From positions 29,080,001 through 29,144,000 of the forward strand of contig CM059433.1 in the NCBI GenBank assembly GCA_030390025.1: a stretch of DNA of 64,000 bases, written 5' to 3'. Source of the stretch: Squalus acanthias. Its lineage: Eukaryota. The notes beneath the pieces are model-generated. The model worked only from the letters and a program-made list of their open reading frames with translations. It was not told the origin of the DNA and searched no databases. The first letter of the stretch is position 1, and each line of letters starts with the position of its first letter. A program made the translations under genes and the position numbers. Shown piece by piece: positions 63,742-64,000 of this stretch.

Positions 63742-64000
63742 TTTTTTATTTGTTCATGAAATGTGGGCGTCGCTGGCAAGGCCAGTATTTATTGCCCATC
63801 CCTAATTGACCTTGAGGGGGTGGTGGTGAGCCGCCTTCATGAACCGCTGCAGTCCGTGTGGTGAATGTGCTCCCACAGTGCTGTTAGGGAGGGAGTTCCA
63901 GGATTTTGACCCAGCGACAATGAAGGATCAGCGATATATTTCCAAGTCAGGATGGTGTGTGACTTGGAGGGGAACTTGGAGGTGGTGGTGTTGCCATGCA
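63742..64000 (-). mobile_element. 3' end of the LINE family at 7566-10120
   Basis: Reverse complement of ~9865-10120; runs off the window. Confidence 0.88.

Overview
Eukaryotic, repeat-dense vertebrate DNA. The repeat types (tRNA-derived SacSINE1-like and HE1-like SINEs, CR1 and L2 LINEs, Harbinger elements, Penelope-like termini) point to a cartilaginous fish; this is an inference. The only host coding sequence I can support is the first coding exon of a KHDRBS (Sam68/SLM, STAR-family) gene on the minus strand at 41690-41780. It is KHDRBS2-like, is missed by the ORF track, and has a CCAAT/GC-box promoter at about 41.9-42.1 kb. Positions 1-41689 therefore appear to be intron 1, and everything above about 42.1 kb is upstream sequence. 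Highlights: (1) a ~750-bp near-perfect palindromic insertion at 38337-39130 with a target-site duplication (TSD), Penelope-like termini and a minimal hammerhead-ribozyme motif in each arm; (2) a 3 x 3.02-kb tandem triplication at 11007-20076 whose middle copy is a mosaic of the outer two; (3) a 2.5-kb minisatellite, containing an assembly gap, bounded by MITE-like inverted termini; (4) nested Harbinger elements, one with a Myb/SANT relic; (5) several older local duplications and templated insertions. Almost all ORFs in the track are transposon relics or low-complexity artefacts. Family names come from pattern recognition, not database searches, and the boundaries of old repeats are approximate.
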